Shown: piece after piece, positions 9,334-18,846 of the stretch
Position numbering within the stretch: position 1 is the first letter of the stretch
How the letters are laid out: every line of letters starts with the position of its first letter
Assembly: GCA_039973685.1 (NCBI GenBank)
Contig: JBDWKL010000021.1
Coordinates: 6,004-70,003, forward strand
Source of the DNA: Hyphomicrobiales bacterium
GTDB taxonomy: Bacteria > Pseudomonadota > Alphaproteobacteria > Rhizobiales > JACESI01
Direction of reading: 5' to 3'
Length of the DNA stretch: 64,000 bases
Translations under genes and position numbers: made by a program
The notes under the pieces: model-generated
The model's database searches: none
Seen by the model: the letters and a program-made list of their open reading frames with translations, nothing else
What the model was told of the DNA's origin: nothing

Positions 9334-10365
9334 ATGGCCCTCGGCAGATATAGAAGACAAGAAAATCGCGCGGACTATTGGCCGGGCTTTGTGGATGCAA
9401 TGGCGACATTGCTCCTCGTGATGATCTTCTTGCTGTCGGTTTTCATGCTGTCACAGTTTTTCTTAAGCCAAGAAATCAGCGGCAAAGATACGGTTTTGAA
9501 CCGACTAAATGGCCAAATTGCCGAACTCACCGAACTGCTCGCATTAGAACGTGCCAACACAGGCACGCTTACAGATTCCGTGGCTGACCTTCGCGCGAAC
9601 CTTTCCAACATCGAGGCAGAAAACAGCCGTCTACAAGGATTGCTGTCAGCGGGTAGTGGCTCACAAATTGCCGCTGACGAAAAAGCCGATACGCTTGAAA
9701 ATGCATTGGATACAGAAAAAGCGGTTTCCCAACGAGCCCTTTCTCAAGTTGAGCTTTTAAACAAACAGATCGCAGCCCTTCGCAGACAAATTGGGGCGCT
9801 TGAAGATGCACTGGATGCCTCTGAAAACCGTGACCGCGAGAGCCAAACGAAAATCGCTGACCTTGGCAAACGCCTTAACGTCGCCTTGGCTCAAAAGGTG
9901 CAAGAACTCTCTCGTTTCCGCTCTGACTTCTTTGGCCGCTTGCGCGAAATCTTGAGCCAGCGCTCCGACATTCGCGTGGAAGGTGATCGCTTTGTGTTCC
10001 AATCAGAAGTGCTATTCGGCTCCGGCTCTGACAGTATTGGCGATGACGGGAAACCGGAACTTGATAAATTAGCAGAAGCAATTGTTGAGCTTGAAGGCGA
10101 AATTCCAACTGAGATCAATTGGGTTTTGCGTATTGACGGCCATACAGACAACATCCCGCTGTCTGGCGCTGGTCGCCTTCGTGATAACTGGGATTTGTCA
10201 GCAGCCCGCGCTAACTCCGTGGTGCGCTATTTGGTTTCGCGTGGCGCATCGCCCAATCGCTTGGTTTCAGCAGGCTTTGGTGAGTTTCAACCGCTCGACA
10301 CAGCAGACACACAAGAAGCCCGCAATCGCAATCGACGGATAGAATTAAAACTGACGGAACGGTAG
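9334..10365 (+). CDS. MotB-like / OmpA-domain peptidoglycan-binding protein with long coiled coil
   Basis: Starts 6 nt after the upstream stop. N-terminal MotB-type TM with Asp (YWPGFVDAMATLLLVMIFLL), about 170 aa coiled coil, then a C-terminal OmpA domain (RIDGHTDNIPL, NWDLSAARANSVVRYL, NRRIELKL). Confidence 0.8.
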   Translation: MALGRYRRQENRADYWPGFVDAMATLLLVMIFLLSVFMLSQFFLSQEISGKDTVLNRLNGQIAELTELLALERANTGTLTDSVADLRANLSNIEAENSRLQGLLSAGSGSQIAADEKADTLENALDTEKAVSQRALSQVELLNKQIAALRRQIGALEDALDASENRDRESQTKIADLGKRLNVALAQKVQELSRFRSDFFGRLREILSQRSDIRVEGDRFVFQSEVLFGSGSDSIGDDGKPELDKLAEAIVELEGEIPTEINWVLRIDGHTDNIPLSGAGRLRDNWDLSAARANSVVRYLVSRGASPNRLVSAGFGEFQPLDTADTQEARNRNRRIELKLTER

Positions 10366-10372
10366 AAGCAGC

Positions 10373-10903
10373 TTATCTGCCAAATGCTTCTTCAAGCAGG
10401 TTGATATGGCCAGCTAGCGGATTGCCATCTTGCACCGATACTTTTTCGCTTGTTGAAAGCGCGTCATCAAAATGCAGAACCTGTTCTTGCAAGCGAACTG
10501 AACGTTCGATCATGCCTTTCAGTTCCTCCGGCAACAACTCCCAGCTTTCGCCTGACGTTGAGACTGCTTGCTTTTTGATTTTAACTTTCTTCTGCTCTTC
10601 TTTGGCCTGCTCGACGGTCATTTCGCCCTCGCTGACAGCCCGTTGTAAGAGCAACCAAGAGGCAAGTTGCATCAAACGCGTGGTAAGGCGCATGGATTCT
10701 GTTGCATAAGCGAGAGACTCAGAACGCTCCATCGCTTTAGACTGCTCACGGCCAATTGTATCAAGATAATTAGCGGCTTCTTCAACCAGCGACATGCCAC
10801 GTTCAAAAAGTTCTAGGAAAGCTGGCGATTCAATGAGGCGGTTACTGAAAGACACCAACCCACTCGTCTCATCCAAATCAACTAAATTAGAATTATCAGT
10901 CAT
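10373..10903 (-). CDS. rcdA: DUF1465 protein, RcdA-like ClpXP adaptor
   Basis: 176 aa. The block LVEEAANYLD...ESMRLTTRLMQLASWLLLQRAVSEGEM matches my memory of the RcdA/DUF1465 family, and the size is appropriate. Confidence 0.65.
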   Translation of the reverse strand: MTDNSNLVDLDETSGLVSFSNRLIESPAFLELFERGMSLVEEAANYLDTIGREQSKAMERSESLAYATESMRLTTRLMQLASWLLLQRAVSEGEMTVEQAKEEQKKVKIKKQAVSTSGESWELLPEELKGMIERSVRLQEQVLHFDDALSTSEKVSVQDGNPLAGHINLLEEAFGR

Positions 10904-11026
10904 TTAGAAAGCCACCCTATACAAACGCTTTACCGTGCCTTGATAGCACAATAGGACCATAAGCCCTAAAAGACAGCTTGTAAAAGATGTCTATGACACT
11001 GTGAACAATTAGCGCAAATTAAGGTT

Positions 11027-11144
11027 AAAAAAAAGCCGCTTACGAGAAGCGGCTATAAAGTCTAAACAGGGAGCGTCAAACAGAGTGGTAGGAGCCACTC
11101 GTCCAGAATTTCACGAGAGACCCGCTCAAATTCCTTTAACAGCC
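11027..11144 (-). ncRNA. candidate small RNA or 3'UTR/leader element ending in an intrinsic terminator
   Basis: Minus strand has hairpin GAGUGG-CUCCUA-CCACUC (11100..11083) with a CU-rich loop, flanking GAGCG/CGCUC pairing, then terminator AGCCGCUU-CUCGU-AAGCGGCU followed by U8 (11054..11027). It lies about 20 nt downstream of a TTAA-N7-TTAA box. Confidence 0.3.
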
Positions 11145-11164
11145 TTAGTAATAACTTAGAAAGA

Positions 11165-11179
11165 TTAACACCGCGTTAA
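11165..11179. promoter_or_regulatory. perfect CtrA-type box TTAA-N7-TTAA
   Basis: TTAACACCGCGTTAA. Intergenic, between the DUF1192 stop (11236) and the rcdA start (10903). Confidence 0.4.
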
Positions 11180-11235
11180 AGTAAGGTTTTGGAAAGCCTG
11201 TTCATTTCCTTAGTTGTAAGGATAACGATCAACAC

Positions 11236-11421
11236 TCACTTCTTAAAAAAGCTCTCAGCCGAAGACATACTTGCCCGCTTCATGGCGCCTGCTTCTTCAA
11301 GACGAATGATTTCATCTTTCAATAATCCCACCCGTTTTTCCAGCTCCTCAATTGAGAGGGCTGAGAGGTCTTGGCCAATCTCATGGCTTACCGGTTTCTT
11401 TTGCGGTTCATCATCAAACAT
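11236..11421 (-). CDS. DUF1192-like small coiled-coil protein
   Basis: 61 aa; LSALSIEELEKRVGLLKDEIIRLEEAGAMKRAS is characteristic of the alphaproteobacterial DUF1192 family (from memory). Confidence 0.6.
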   Translation of the reverse strand: MFDDEPQKKPVSHEIGQDLSALSIEELEKRVGLLKDEIIRLEEAGAMKRASMSSAESFFKK

Positions 11422-11525
11422 GGCTTTGCTCCTTTTCTACTTTAGTAAACCATAGACGAGGGGTGGTGAACAATTCTATACCTAAGATAAGGCCCTATTT
11501 GAGAGCGAAATGAAGGATTAATGCC

Positions 11526-12524
11526 ATGAGTGAAACACCTGCAATGATGAAAGCCGTAGAGATCACCGAAGCCGGTGGGCCCGATGTATTGGTTGCCCGC
11601 GATGTAGCAACGCCGCATCCAGAAGGCAGCGATATTCTCATTCGTGTCAAAGCAGCAGGCATTAATCGACCTGACATCTTACAGCGCAAAGGGCTTTATC
11701 CCGCACCAAAAGACGCCTCCCCTCTCCCCGGTTTAGAGGTTGCTGGTATTGTGGAAGCCGTTGGCCGTGATACTTCAAAGTTCAAAGTGGGCGATGAAGT
11801 CTGCGCGCTTACACCCGGTGGCGGTTATGCAGAGTTTTGTCTAGTCGATGAAACCAATGCACTTACCATCCCCAAAGGTTTGAGCTTTGAACAAGCTGCC
11901 TGCGTGCCAGAAACCTTTTTCACCGTTTGGCACAATGTGTTTGAGCGCGGCGGATTGGGCGAAGGCGAAGTACTGCTCGTTCATGGCGGCGCATCTGGCA
12001 TTGGCACGACAGCCATTCAATTGGGCAAAGCCTTTGGCGCAACGGTTATTGCGACAGCCGGCAATGATGAGAAATGCCAAAAATGTCGCGACCTCGGTGC
12101 CGACCTTGCAGTCAATTACAACACAGATGACTATGTAACAGCCGTCAAAGAATTCACGGGCAAAAAAGGCGCAAACGTTATTTTAGATATGGTTGGTGGT
12201 GACTACATCGAACGCAACTATAGTGCCGCCGCACCAGATGGCCGCATCGTCCAAATCGCCTTCTTAAACGGCCCAATTGCTGAGGTGAACTTCACCAAAC
12301 TCATGTTAAAACGCCTGACACATACAGGTTCGACACTGAGAGCGCGTTCAGTCGCTGTGAAAGCGGGCATTGCCAAAGAGCTAGAAGAAAAAGTCTGGCC
12401 ATTGCTTGAAGCAGGCACGGTTGGCCCCGTTATGGATTCTAATTTTCCATTAGATAAAGCCAATGAAGCCCATGCGCGTATGGAAAGTTCTGGCCACTTT
12501 GGGAAGATTGTTCTCACCGTATAA
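11526..12524 (+). CDS. qor: NAD(P)H:quinone oxidoreductase (zinc-free MDR, PIG3/Qor type)
   Basis: 332 aa; VLVHGGASGIGTTAIQLGKAFGA nucleotide-binding motif and GKIVL C-terminus. Confidence 0.85.
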   Translation: MSETPAMMKAVEITEAGGPDVLVARDVATPHPEGSDILIRVKAAGINRPDILQRKGLYPAPKDASPLPGLEVAGIVEAVGRDTSKFKVGDEVCALTPGGGYAEFCLVDETNALTIPKGLSFEQAACVPETFFTVWHNVFERGGLGEGEVLLVHGGASGIGTTAIQLGKAFGATVIATAGNDEKCQKCRDLGADLAVNYNTDDYVTAVKEFTGKKGANVILDMVGGDYIERNYSAAAPDGRIVQIAFLNGPIAEVNFTKLMLKRLTHTGSTLRARSVAVKAGIAKELEEKVWPLLEAGTVGPVMDSNFPLDKANEAHARMESSGHFGKIVLTV

Positions 12525-12548
12525 ATCGACGTAAAGTCATGGCACAAA

Positions 12549-12581
12549 TAAAAAAGCCGGAGCAATATGCTCCGGCTTTTT
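12549..12581. terminator. bidirectional intrinsic terminator between convergent qor and galU
   Basis: AAAAAAGCCGGAGC-AATAT-GCTCCGGCTTTTT: a 9-bp GC-rich stem flanked by an A-run and a T-run. Confidence 0.85.
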
Positions 12582-12599
12582 GATGTCTTTAAGCAATGC

Positions 12600-13472
12600 T
12601 TATTTTAAAATTTTAGCAAGCTCTTCTTTAAACTCTGGCGCAATATCAGGGCGCTTCATTGCGTAAGCAACATTGGCTGCTAAGAAGCCAACCTTGGTGC
12701 CACAATCATAAGCCTCACCCTCAAACTTCACGCCTGTAAAACGCTGATCATTTGCAAGCTTCACCATAGAATCGGTCAGTTGAATTTCATTACCAGCGCC
12801 CGGCTCTTGGCTTTCAAGATAATCGAAGATCTCAGGCTGCAAGATGTAGCGGCCAGAGATAAACAGATTTGATGGTTCTTGACCCTTTGGTGGCTTTTCG
12901 ACCATCTCAGTTACTTCAAAACCAGACATATCGCCTTCACCAACACCAACGACGCCGTATTTAAAGGCTTCTTCTGGCGGGCATTCTTCAACAGCGATAA
13001 CATTTCCGCCGTGTTCTTCGTAAGCATTCATCATCTGCTTCAAGCAGCCCGGCTCACCATATTTCAGCATATCAGGCAGCAGTAGCGCGAATGGTTCGCG
13101 GCCAACGATTTGGCGAGCACACCATACCGCATGTCCAAGACCAAGTGGCGCTTGCTGGCGGGTAAAGCTGGTGGTTCCTGCAACTGGCAAACAAGTTGCA
13201 AGTTCAGCCAGAGCGTCCGTTTTACCGCGTTCTTTCAACGTGGTTTCAAGCTCATAATGAATATCAAAATGCTCTTCAATCGCGCCTTTATAGCGACCTG
13301 TCACAAAAACAATATGCTCAATACCAGCTTCAAATGCTTCTTCAGCCACATATTGAACAACTGGTTTATCAACAACGGTCAGCATCTCTTTCGCGATTGC
13401 CTTTGTGGCGGGCAAAAAGCGAGTTCCCATACCTGCAACAGGCAAAACAGCGGTTTTAATTTTTTGGCTCAT
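12600..13472 (-). CDS. galU: UTP--glucose-1-phosphate uridylyltransferase
   Basis: [25 protein letters not shown]-terminal signature; 290 aa. Confidence 0.9.
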   Translation of the reverse strand: MSQKIKTAVLPVAGMGTRFLPATKAIAKEMLTVVDKPVVQYVAEEAFEAGIEHIVFVTGRYKGAIEEHFDIHYELETTLKERGKTDALAELATCLPVAGTTSFTRQQAPLGLGHAVWCARQIVGREPFALLLPDMLKYGEPGCLKQMMNAYEEHGGNVIAVEECPPEEAFKYGVVGVGEGDMSGFEVTEMVEKPPKGQEPSNLFISGRYILQPEIFDYLESQEPGAGNEIQLTDSMVKLANDQRFTGVKFEGEAYDCGTKVGFLAANVAYAMKRPDIAPEFKEELAKILK

Positions 13473-13599
13473 CTAGTCAGTCCCTCTAACGGCTACCAAA
13501 CAATTACACTCTAAGTTCCGGTTTCTTTACCATTCATGTCTAAAGGTGGAGTGAACAGAATTAGGAATTTTACCCAAACGTTCCAAAAGGGGTTTGAAG

Positions 13600-14589
13600 A
13601 TGACGGTATTGGTAACAGGTGGCGGCGGTTATATTGGCAGCCATATGGTTTGGACACTTTTAGGCAAGGGCGAAAAGGTCGTTGTTTGCGACAACCTCGT
13701 CACTGGTTTTGAGTGGGCGATTGCGCCCGAAGCGAAGTTCGTCAAATGCGATATTGGCGATATGGACACGATGAAAGATGTCATCTCGGATAATAGTGTC
13801 GATTCGATTATTCACTTTGCAGGCTCCGTGGTTGTTCCTGAGTCAGTGGAAGACCCGCTCAAATATTACCGCAACAACACAGCCAACAGCCGCAACTTAA
13901 TTGAAGCAGCCGTTGCAACTGGAGTTGAAAACTTCATCTTCTCCTCAACCGCTGCTGTTTATGGTTCACCAGAAGTGATGCCGGTTATGGAAGACATGCC
14001 TTTGGTGCCTGAATCGCCCTATGGCACATCAAAATTAATGACAGAGATGATGCTACGCGATGTATCAGCGGCTCACCCGCTGCGCCACGGCATTTTGCGC
14101 TACTTCAATGTAGCTGGTGCTGACCCTGAAGGACGCACAGGCCAATCGACCGCTGGTGCAACCCACCTCATCAAAGTGGCCTGTGAAGCTGCCCTTGGAA
14201 AACGAGACAGCCTCAGCGTGTTTGGTACTGATTTTAATACACATGATGGAACAGGCGTCCGCGACTATATCCATGTGACCGATTTGACGGATGCTCACTA
14301 CGGCATTTTGTCTGAATTGCGCACTGGCAACCCTGGTGTCACGGTAAACTGCGGCTATGGCCAAGGCTATTCTGTTCTCGACGTTGCGAAGATCGTTAAA
14401 GAAGTCTCAGGCAAAGACTTTGAAGTGAAAATGATCGACCGTCGCCCGGGAGATGTCGGTGAAGTGGTTGCCGGAAACGGACGCATTACCGAGCTTTTAA
14501 AATGGGAGCCAAAGCACAATGATCTTCGTGAGATTGTTGAAACGGCGCTCAATTGGGAAGCAAGCATGGCCAAACGCAACAACAAATAG
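13600..14589 (+). CDS. galE: UDP-glucose 4-epimerase
   Basis: VLVTGGGGYIGSH Rossmann motif and YGTSK catalytic motif. ATG 13600 is preceded by AAGGGG (the tracked ORF starts at TTG 13594). Confidence 0.9.
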   Translation: MTVLVTGGGGYIGSHMVWTLLGKGEKVVVCDNLVTGFEWAIAPEAKFVKCDIGDMDTMKDVISDNSVDSIIHFAGSVVVPESVEDPLKYYRNNTANSRNLIEAAVATGVENFIFSSTAAVYGSPEVMPVMEDMPLVPESPYGTSKLMTEMMLRDVSAAHPLRHGILRYFNVAGADPEGRTGQSTAGATHLIKVACEAALGKRDSLSVFGTDFNTHDGTGVRDYIHVTDLTDAHYGILSELRTGNPGVTVNCGYGQGYSVLDVAKIVKEVSGKDFEVKMIDRRPGDVGEVVAGNGRITELLKWEPKHNDLREIVETALNWEASMAKRNNK

Positions 14590-14630
14590 CTTGTTTGCGA
14601 AAAGCTAGATCCCAAGAGTATTTCTTAAAA

Positions 14631-14660
14631 GCCGCGCCCCAAATGGTGCGGCTTTTTGTG
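14631..14660 (+). terminator. intrinsic terminator after galE
   Basis: GCCGCGCC-CCAAAT-GGTGCGGC followed by TTTTT. Confidence 0.8.
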
Positions 14661-14791
14661 ATTGGTTGATAAGTTTTGACTCAAAATGAGTTAATTATCC
14701 ACGCAACCACAGAAGCGTGACTGTCGAAAACGCCCGTATTCTGCCATATTTAAAGGCGAATCATTTGAGATTGAGCAACTGGAGAGACCGA

Positions 14792-16018
14792 ATGCCCTTT
14801 GCACGTTCCATTGTATTAAAAGCATTAAAACAGATGCTTATGCTGTTTGTCGTTGCCTTATTTGCAAATACGGCACAGGCCAACACCGCTTATAATAATT
14901 GGAAATCAACTTTCAAACCGCGTGCCATAGCTGCGGGCGTTAGCAGTGCATTATACGATCGATCCTTTCGCGGCCTCACTCCAGATCCAGCCATTTTAAG
15001 AGCATCGAAAAATCAGGCTGAATTCGTCAAAGCAATTTGGCAATACCTCGATTCAGCCGTATCAAAAACCCGCATCAAAAATGGCTTAAACGGCAAAGCA
15101 AACCTTGCAAGTGACCTTGCCATTATGGAAGAAAAATGGGGTGTCGATCGCAATGTCCTCATCGCAATTTGGGGCCTTGAATCATCTTACGGTCAAATTC
15201 TCAACAATCCGAAAATCGTCAAAAACGTCATCCGCTCCTTATCAACACTTGCTTTCAAAGGCGGGAAACGCGCTGAATTTTGGGATCGTGAGCTGATTGC
15301 TGCTTTAAAAATCCTGCAAAATGGCGACACCACACCTGATAAGATGACGGGCTCATGGGCTGGCGCTATGGGGCATACGCAATTCATCCCAACAACCTAT
15401 CTAGCACACGCCGTTGATTACGACGGTGATGGCCGCCGCAACATTTGGGGCTCACGACAAGACGCGCTGGCCTCTGCGGCAAATTATCTCGCCGTTAGCG
15501 GCTGGGAACGCGGAAAGGGTTGGGGATATGAAGTTAAATTACCCGCCAATTTCAATTACGCCCACGCAGACGGAAAATCCCGCAAAACGCTAGCAGACTG
15601 GTCACAACTTGGCATTCAACGCGTAAATGGCGGCAGCTATCCAAGGCCTGATGACAGTGCTCGGTTATTTTTACCAGGTGGCGCAAAAGGACCAGCATTT
15701 TTGCTGCTTAAAAATTTCGACGTGATCAAACGGTACAACAATGCCGATGCCTACGCCCTCGCCATTGGCCACCTCTCCGATCGACTAAAAGGTTTTGGAC
15801 CGTTCAAAGGAGCATGGCCTCGCCACCTAAAACCACTCACCCGCACCCAACGCAAAGAAATGCAAACACTGCTGACCCGCAAAGGGTTTGACACAGGTGG
15901 AATTGATGGACGCCTTGGGCCAAATTCTAGAAAAGCAATACGTAATTATCAACAGGCAATCGGTGCCGTTCCAGACGGGTTTCCGACAACAGCTTTATTG
16001 CAAAAACTCCGTTCATAA
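14792..16018 (+). CDS. lytic murein transglycosylase (MltB/SLT_2-like) with C-terminal peptidoglycan-binding domain
   Basis: ATG 14792 is preceded by GGAGAG. Signal peptide ends [14 protein letters not shown] and [10 protein letters not shown] motifs. C-terminal PG_binding_1-like segment [28 protein letters not shown]. Confidence 0.85.
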   Translation: MPFARSIVLKALKQMLMLFVVALFANTAQANTAYNNWKSTFKPRAIAAGVSSALYDRSFRGLTPDPAILRASKNQAEFVKAIWQYLDSAVSKTRIKNGLNGKANLASDLAIMEEKWGVDRNVLIAIWGLESSYGQILNNPKIVKNVIRSLSTLAFKGGKRAEFWDRELIAALKILQNGDTTPDKMTGSWAGAMGHTQFIPTTYLAHAVDYDGDGRRNIWGSRQDALASAANYLAVSGWERGKGWGYEVKLPANFNYAHADGKSRKTLADWSQLGIQRVNGGSYPRPDDSARLFLPGGAKGPAFLLLKNFDVIKRYNNADAYALAIGHLSDRLKGFGPFKGAWPRHLKPLTRTQRKEMQTLLTRKGFDTGGIDGRLGPNSRKAIRNYQQAIGAVPDGFPTTALLQKLRS

Positions 16019-16119
16019 ACAACGTTAGCCTTATCGAGCAAAATGGTGTGCGTGCAGAAAAAAATTAGGTTATAAACCCTATTGAGCACCAATACAGCCA
16101 ATCTGGATGGCACTAACCT

Positions 16120-17331
16120 TTGACGCGCATATTTCGGCTTTTATCAATTCTTCTGCTTGCAGCCACTTTTATGGTTGGCGACTTTAAGGTCCCGACCCTT
16201 GATGGGCCAAGCATTGCCTATGCACAAAAGAAGAAAAAACAAGGGTTTTTCCAGAGACTTTTTGGCACGCGCAAGAAGAAAAAGAAAATCGAAACTCGTT
16301 CGGCGCCTAAAACAACAAAGAAAAAACAAAAACGCACCCGCAACAGCAACAGCAACCGCCGAGCATCAGAAGCTCGCAGCAAAGCCACCGCGGCACTTCC
16401 TAAATTGGAAGATTCAAATCGTATTCTTGTGATCGGCGATGTCACGGCAAATGCGTTATCACAGGGCCTGATTGACGCCTACAAACGAACTCCGTCAGTC
16501 ACCATCACGGCCCGCGTTGACAAAGATATTGGGATAACAAGCACGAAATTTTATGACTGGCTTGATGCCTCCGATTTCACTTTTGTCGGTGAACGTGTTC
16601 GCGCCGTTGTGGTTACAATTGGTACATTCGATCGCTTTTCAATAACTCAAAACAATGAGCCCATCGCCTATGGGACAGAACAATGGGACCGCGCTTACCG
16701 CAGACGCATGGTCGATATAACGGCGCAACTTCAGTTAATGGGCGTGCCTATCATCTGGATGTTACCGCCACCCGTTATTGATGACAAAAACACGGAGAAG
16801 GCGGTCGCTATCGGCAATCTACAGACCAACAGTTTGGCAACAGCAGGCTTTCGCATTGTGAATGCCTTTGGTGGCTTTACAAACCAGCAAGGCCAGTACC
16901 GCGCACAAGGAGCAAGCCTGACAGGTGCAAGAGTTCAGCTTCGCACCTTCGATGGACTTGGTTTTACCCGTCGCGGCGCCAACAAATTCGCCTATTACGC
17001 ACGCAGAGAAATAGACAGAGTCTTAGATGACACACTCGGCCTCAACTTTAGGTTAGAAGCTGGCGCGCAGAAAAAACGCCAAGCAAACCAAGTGGTAAAC
17101 CTAACTCGGCCTGCTTTAAGACAAAACGCACAACTGTCAGGAAGCAACGGGCGGGTTAGCGCCTTCTTCCGCGATAGCAAAGCACGCAATTATTTTATTG
17201 AAGGCAAATCACTTAATGCACCAGTTGGCCGCGCAGATGATTTTGCATGGGGTAAAATTGCACAAAAACGCATTGATGAAGCGGCATTAAACGCATCACG
17301 AAGCCAAGACCTTCCCATCGTTCAATGGTAA
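16120..17331 (+). CDS. secreted SGNH/DUF459-like protein with poly-lysine N-terminal linker
   Basis: TTG start keeps the signal peptide RIFRLLSILLLAATFMVG. Lys-rich region at aa 37-75. The block ILVIGDVTANALSQGL resembles SGNH block I but reads GDVT, not GDS. The family call is from memory. Confidence 0.5.
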   Translation: MTRIFRLLSILLLAATFMVGDFKVPTLDGPSIAYAQKKKKQGFFQRLFGTRKKKKKIETRSAPKTTKKKQKRTRNSNSNRRASEARSKATAALPKLEDSNRILVIGDVTANALSQGLIDAYKRTPSVTITARVDKDIGITSTKFYDWLDASDFTFVGERVRAVVVTIGTFDRFSITQNNEPIAYGTEQWDRAYRRRMVDITAQLQLMGVPIIWMLPPPVIDDKNTEKAVAIGNLQTNSLATAGFRIVNAFGGFTNQQGQYRAQGASLTGARVQLRTFDGLGFTRRGANKFAYYARREIDRVLDDTLGLNFRLEAGAQKKRQANQVVNLTRPALRQNAQLSGSNGRVSAFFRDSKARNYFIEGKSLNAPVGRADDFAWGKIAQKRIDEAALNASRSQDLPIVQW

Positions 17332-17358
17332 GCCTTTAAAAGCGATTGAGGGCTCGTC

Positions 17359-18801
17359 TTAGCGCGGTAGATCTGTGCGGCCCATCAATGCCAAATCGAT
17401 GGCATGAGCTGCCTGACGCCCCTCACGGATTGCCCAAACAACAAGCGACTGGCCACGGCGCACATCACCTGCAGCATAAAACCCATCGACAGATGTGCGA
17501 TAGTTTAGCTCATTGGCAGCAACCGCTTTGTTGCCGCGACGGTCAACAGAGATTTCAGGATCAAAGCCTTTAAGATACGTGTTCTCATTTGGTCCCGCAA
17601 AACCAATCGCAATAAGCGCAAGGTCAGCTTTGATGAAAAACTCCGTTCCCGCAACAGGCTGACGGTTTTCATCGACCTTTGCACATTTCACATGGGTCAG
17701 TTTGCCGGTTTGACCTTTAGAAACAAATTCCAAAGTCGCCGCTTGAAACTCACGCTTTGCGCCTTCTGCTTGTGACGAAGAGGTCGTAAAGCGGGTTGGC
17801 CAATAAGGCCAAGTTGCAAGCTTATCTTCTTTTTCAGGTGCAACTGGGCGAATATCCATTTGCGTTACACTCGTTGCGCCTTGGCGGAACGATGTACCAA
17901 CACAGTCAGAGGCGGTATCACCACCGCCCACAACAACAATATTTTTCGCCGTTGCTGTGATGAGATCTTCTGGAATCTCAGCTTCTTTTCCAACACGGCG
18001 GTTTTGTTGAACCAAAAACGGCATCGCGTAATTAACACCCACAAGATCCATGCCTGGGATCGCAGGATCGCGCGGCTTTTCAGCACCAGCACACAACAAC
18101 ACAGCATCGTGGCTCGCTTTTAATTCTTCCATTGATGTATCAACACCAATATTAGCACCAAAATGGAAAGTTGCGCCTTCTGCTTCCATCTGTTCAACGC
18201 GGCGGTCGACATGATGTTTTTCCATTTTAAAATCAGGAATACCGTAAGTCAGCAAACCACCCGCACGTGGTTCCCGCTCATAGATATGAACATCGTGACC
18301 AGCACGGGCCAATTGTTGACCGGCAGCCATGCCAGCAGGACCAGCACCAATAACGGCAACTTTTTTGCCTGTTTTAGTCTTAGGTGGCTGCGGTTTAATC
18401 CAACCGTTTTCCCAAGCTTTGTCAGCAATCGCTTGCTCTACAGTCTTGATGGATACAGGCACATCTTCCAGATTAAGCGTACAAGCCATCTCACAAGGAG
18501 CAGGACAAATGCGGCCTGTAAACTCTGGAAAATTGTTGGTTGAGTGCAGGTTGTTCGCTGCCTCTTCCCAATTGCCGTTGTAAACAAGGTCATTCCAATC
18601 TGGAATTTGGTTTTCAACTGGACAACCATTGTCGCCCTGACAGAACGGAATACCACAATCCATGCAGCGGGCTGCTTGGTTTTTGATGGAGTTCTCTGAC
18701 GGCTGCAAAGTGAACTCGCGGAAATGGCGAATACGGTCAGACGCTGGCTCATACTTAAGCTCGCGACGGTCGATTTCTAAAAAGCCTGTTACTTTACCCA
18801 T
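17359..18801 (-). CDS. gltD: glutamate synthase small subunit
   Basis: 480 aa; Cys cluster CMDCGIPFC...CPV and Rossmann motif KVAVIGAGPAGMAAGQQLARAGH. Immediately downstream of gltB. Confidence 0.95.
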   Translation of the reverse strand: MGKVTGFLEIDRRELKYEPASDRIRHFREFTLQPSENSIKNQAARCMDCGIPFCQGDNGCPVENQIPDWNDLVYNGNWEEAANNLHSTNNFPEFTGRICPAPCEMACTLNLEDVPVSIKTVEQAIADKAWENGWIKPQPPKTKTGKKVAVIGAGPAGMAAGQQLARAGHDVHIYEREPRAGGLLTYGIPDFKMEKHHVDRRVEQMEAEGATFHFGANIGVDTSMEELKASHDAVLLCAGAEKPRDPAIPGMDLVGVNYAMPFLVQQNRRVGKEAEIPEDLITATAKNIVVVGGGDTASDCVGTSFRQGATSVTQMDIRPVAPEKEDKLATWPYWPTRFTTSSSQAEGAKREFQAATLEFVSKGQTGKLTHVKCAKVDENRQPVAGTEFFIKADLALIAIGFAGPNENTYLKGFDPEISVDRRGNKAVAANELNYRTSVDGFYAAGDVRRGQSLVVWAIREGRQAAHAIDLALMGRTDLPR

Positions 18802-18846
18802 ATTCTCAGTCCAATCCTTGCAGCAATCCTAATGTGTGTGGTGCGA

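Noticed and set aside
8338-10365. Possible Zorya-type anti-phage system (ZorA/ZorB are MotA/MotB homologues).
   Set aside because: No ZorC/ZorD-like or other effector genes follow. The A-subunit tail is only about 120 aa rather than the very long ZorA tail. The pair sits between housekeeping genes with no island hallmarks. It is kept as an uncharacterised stator-like pair, not called a defence system.
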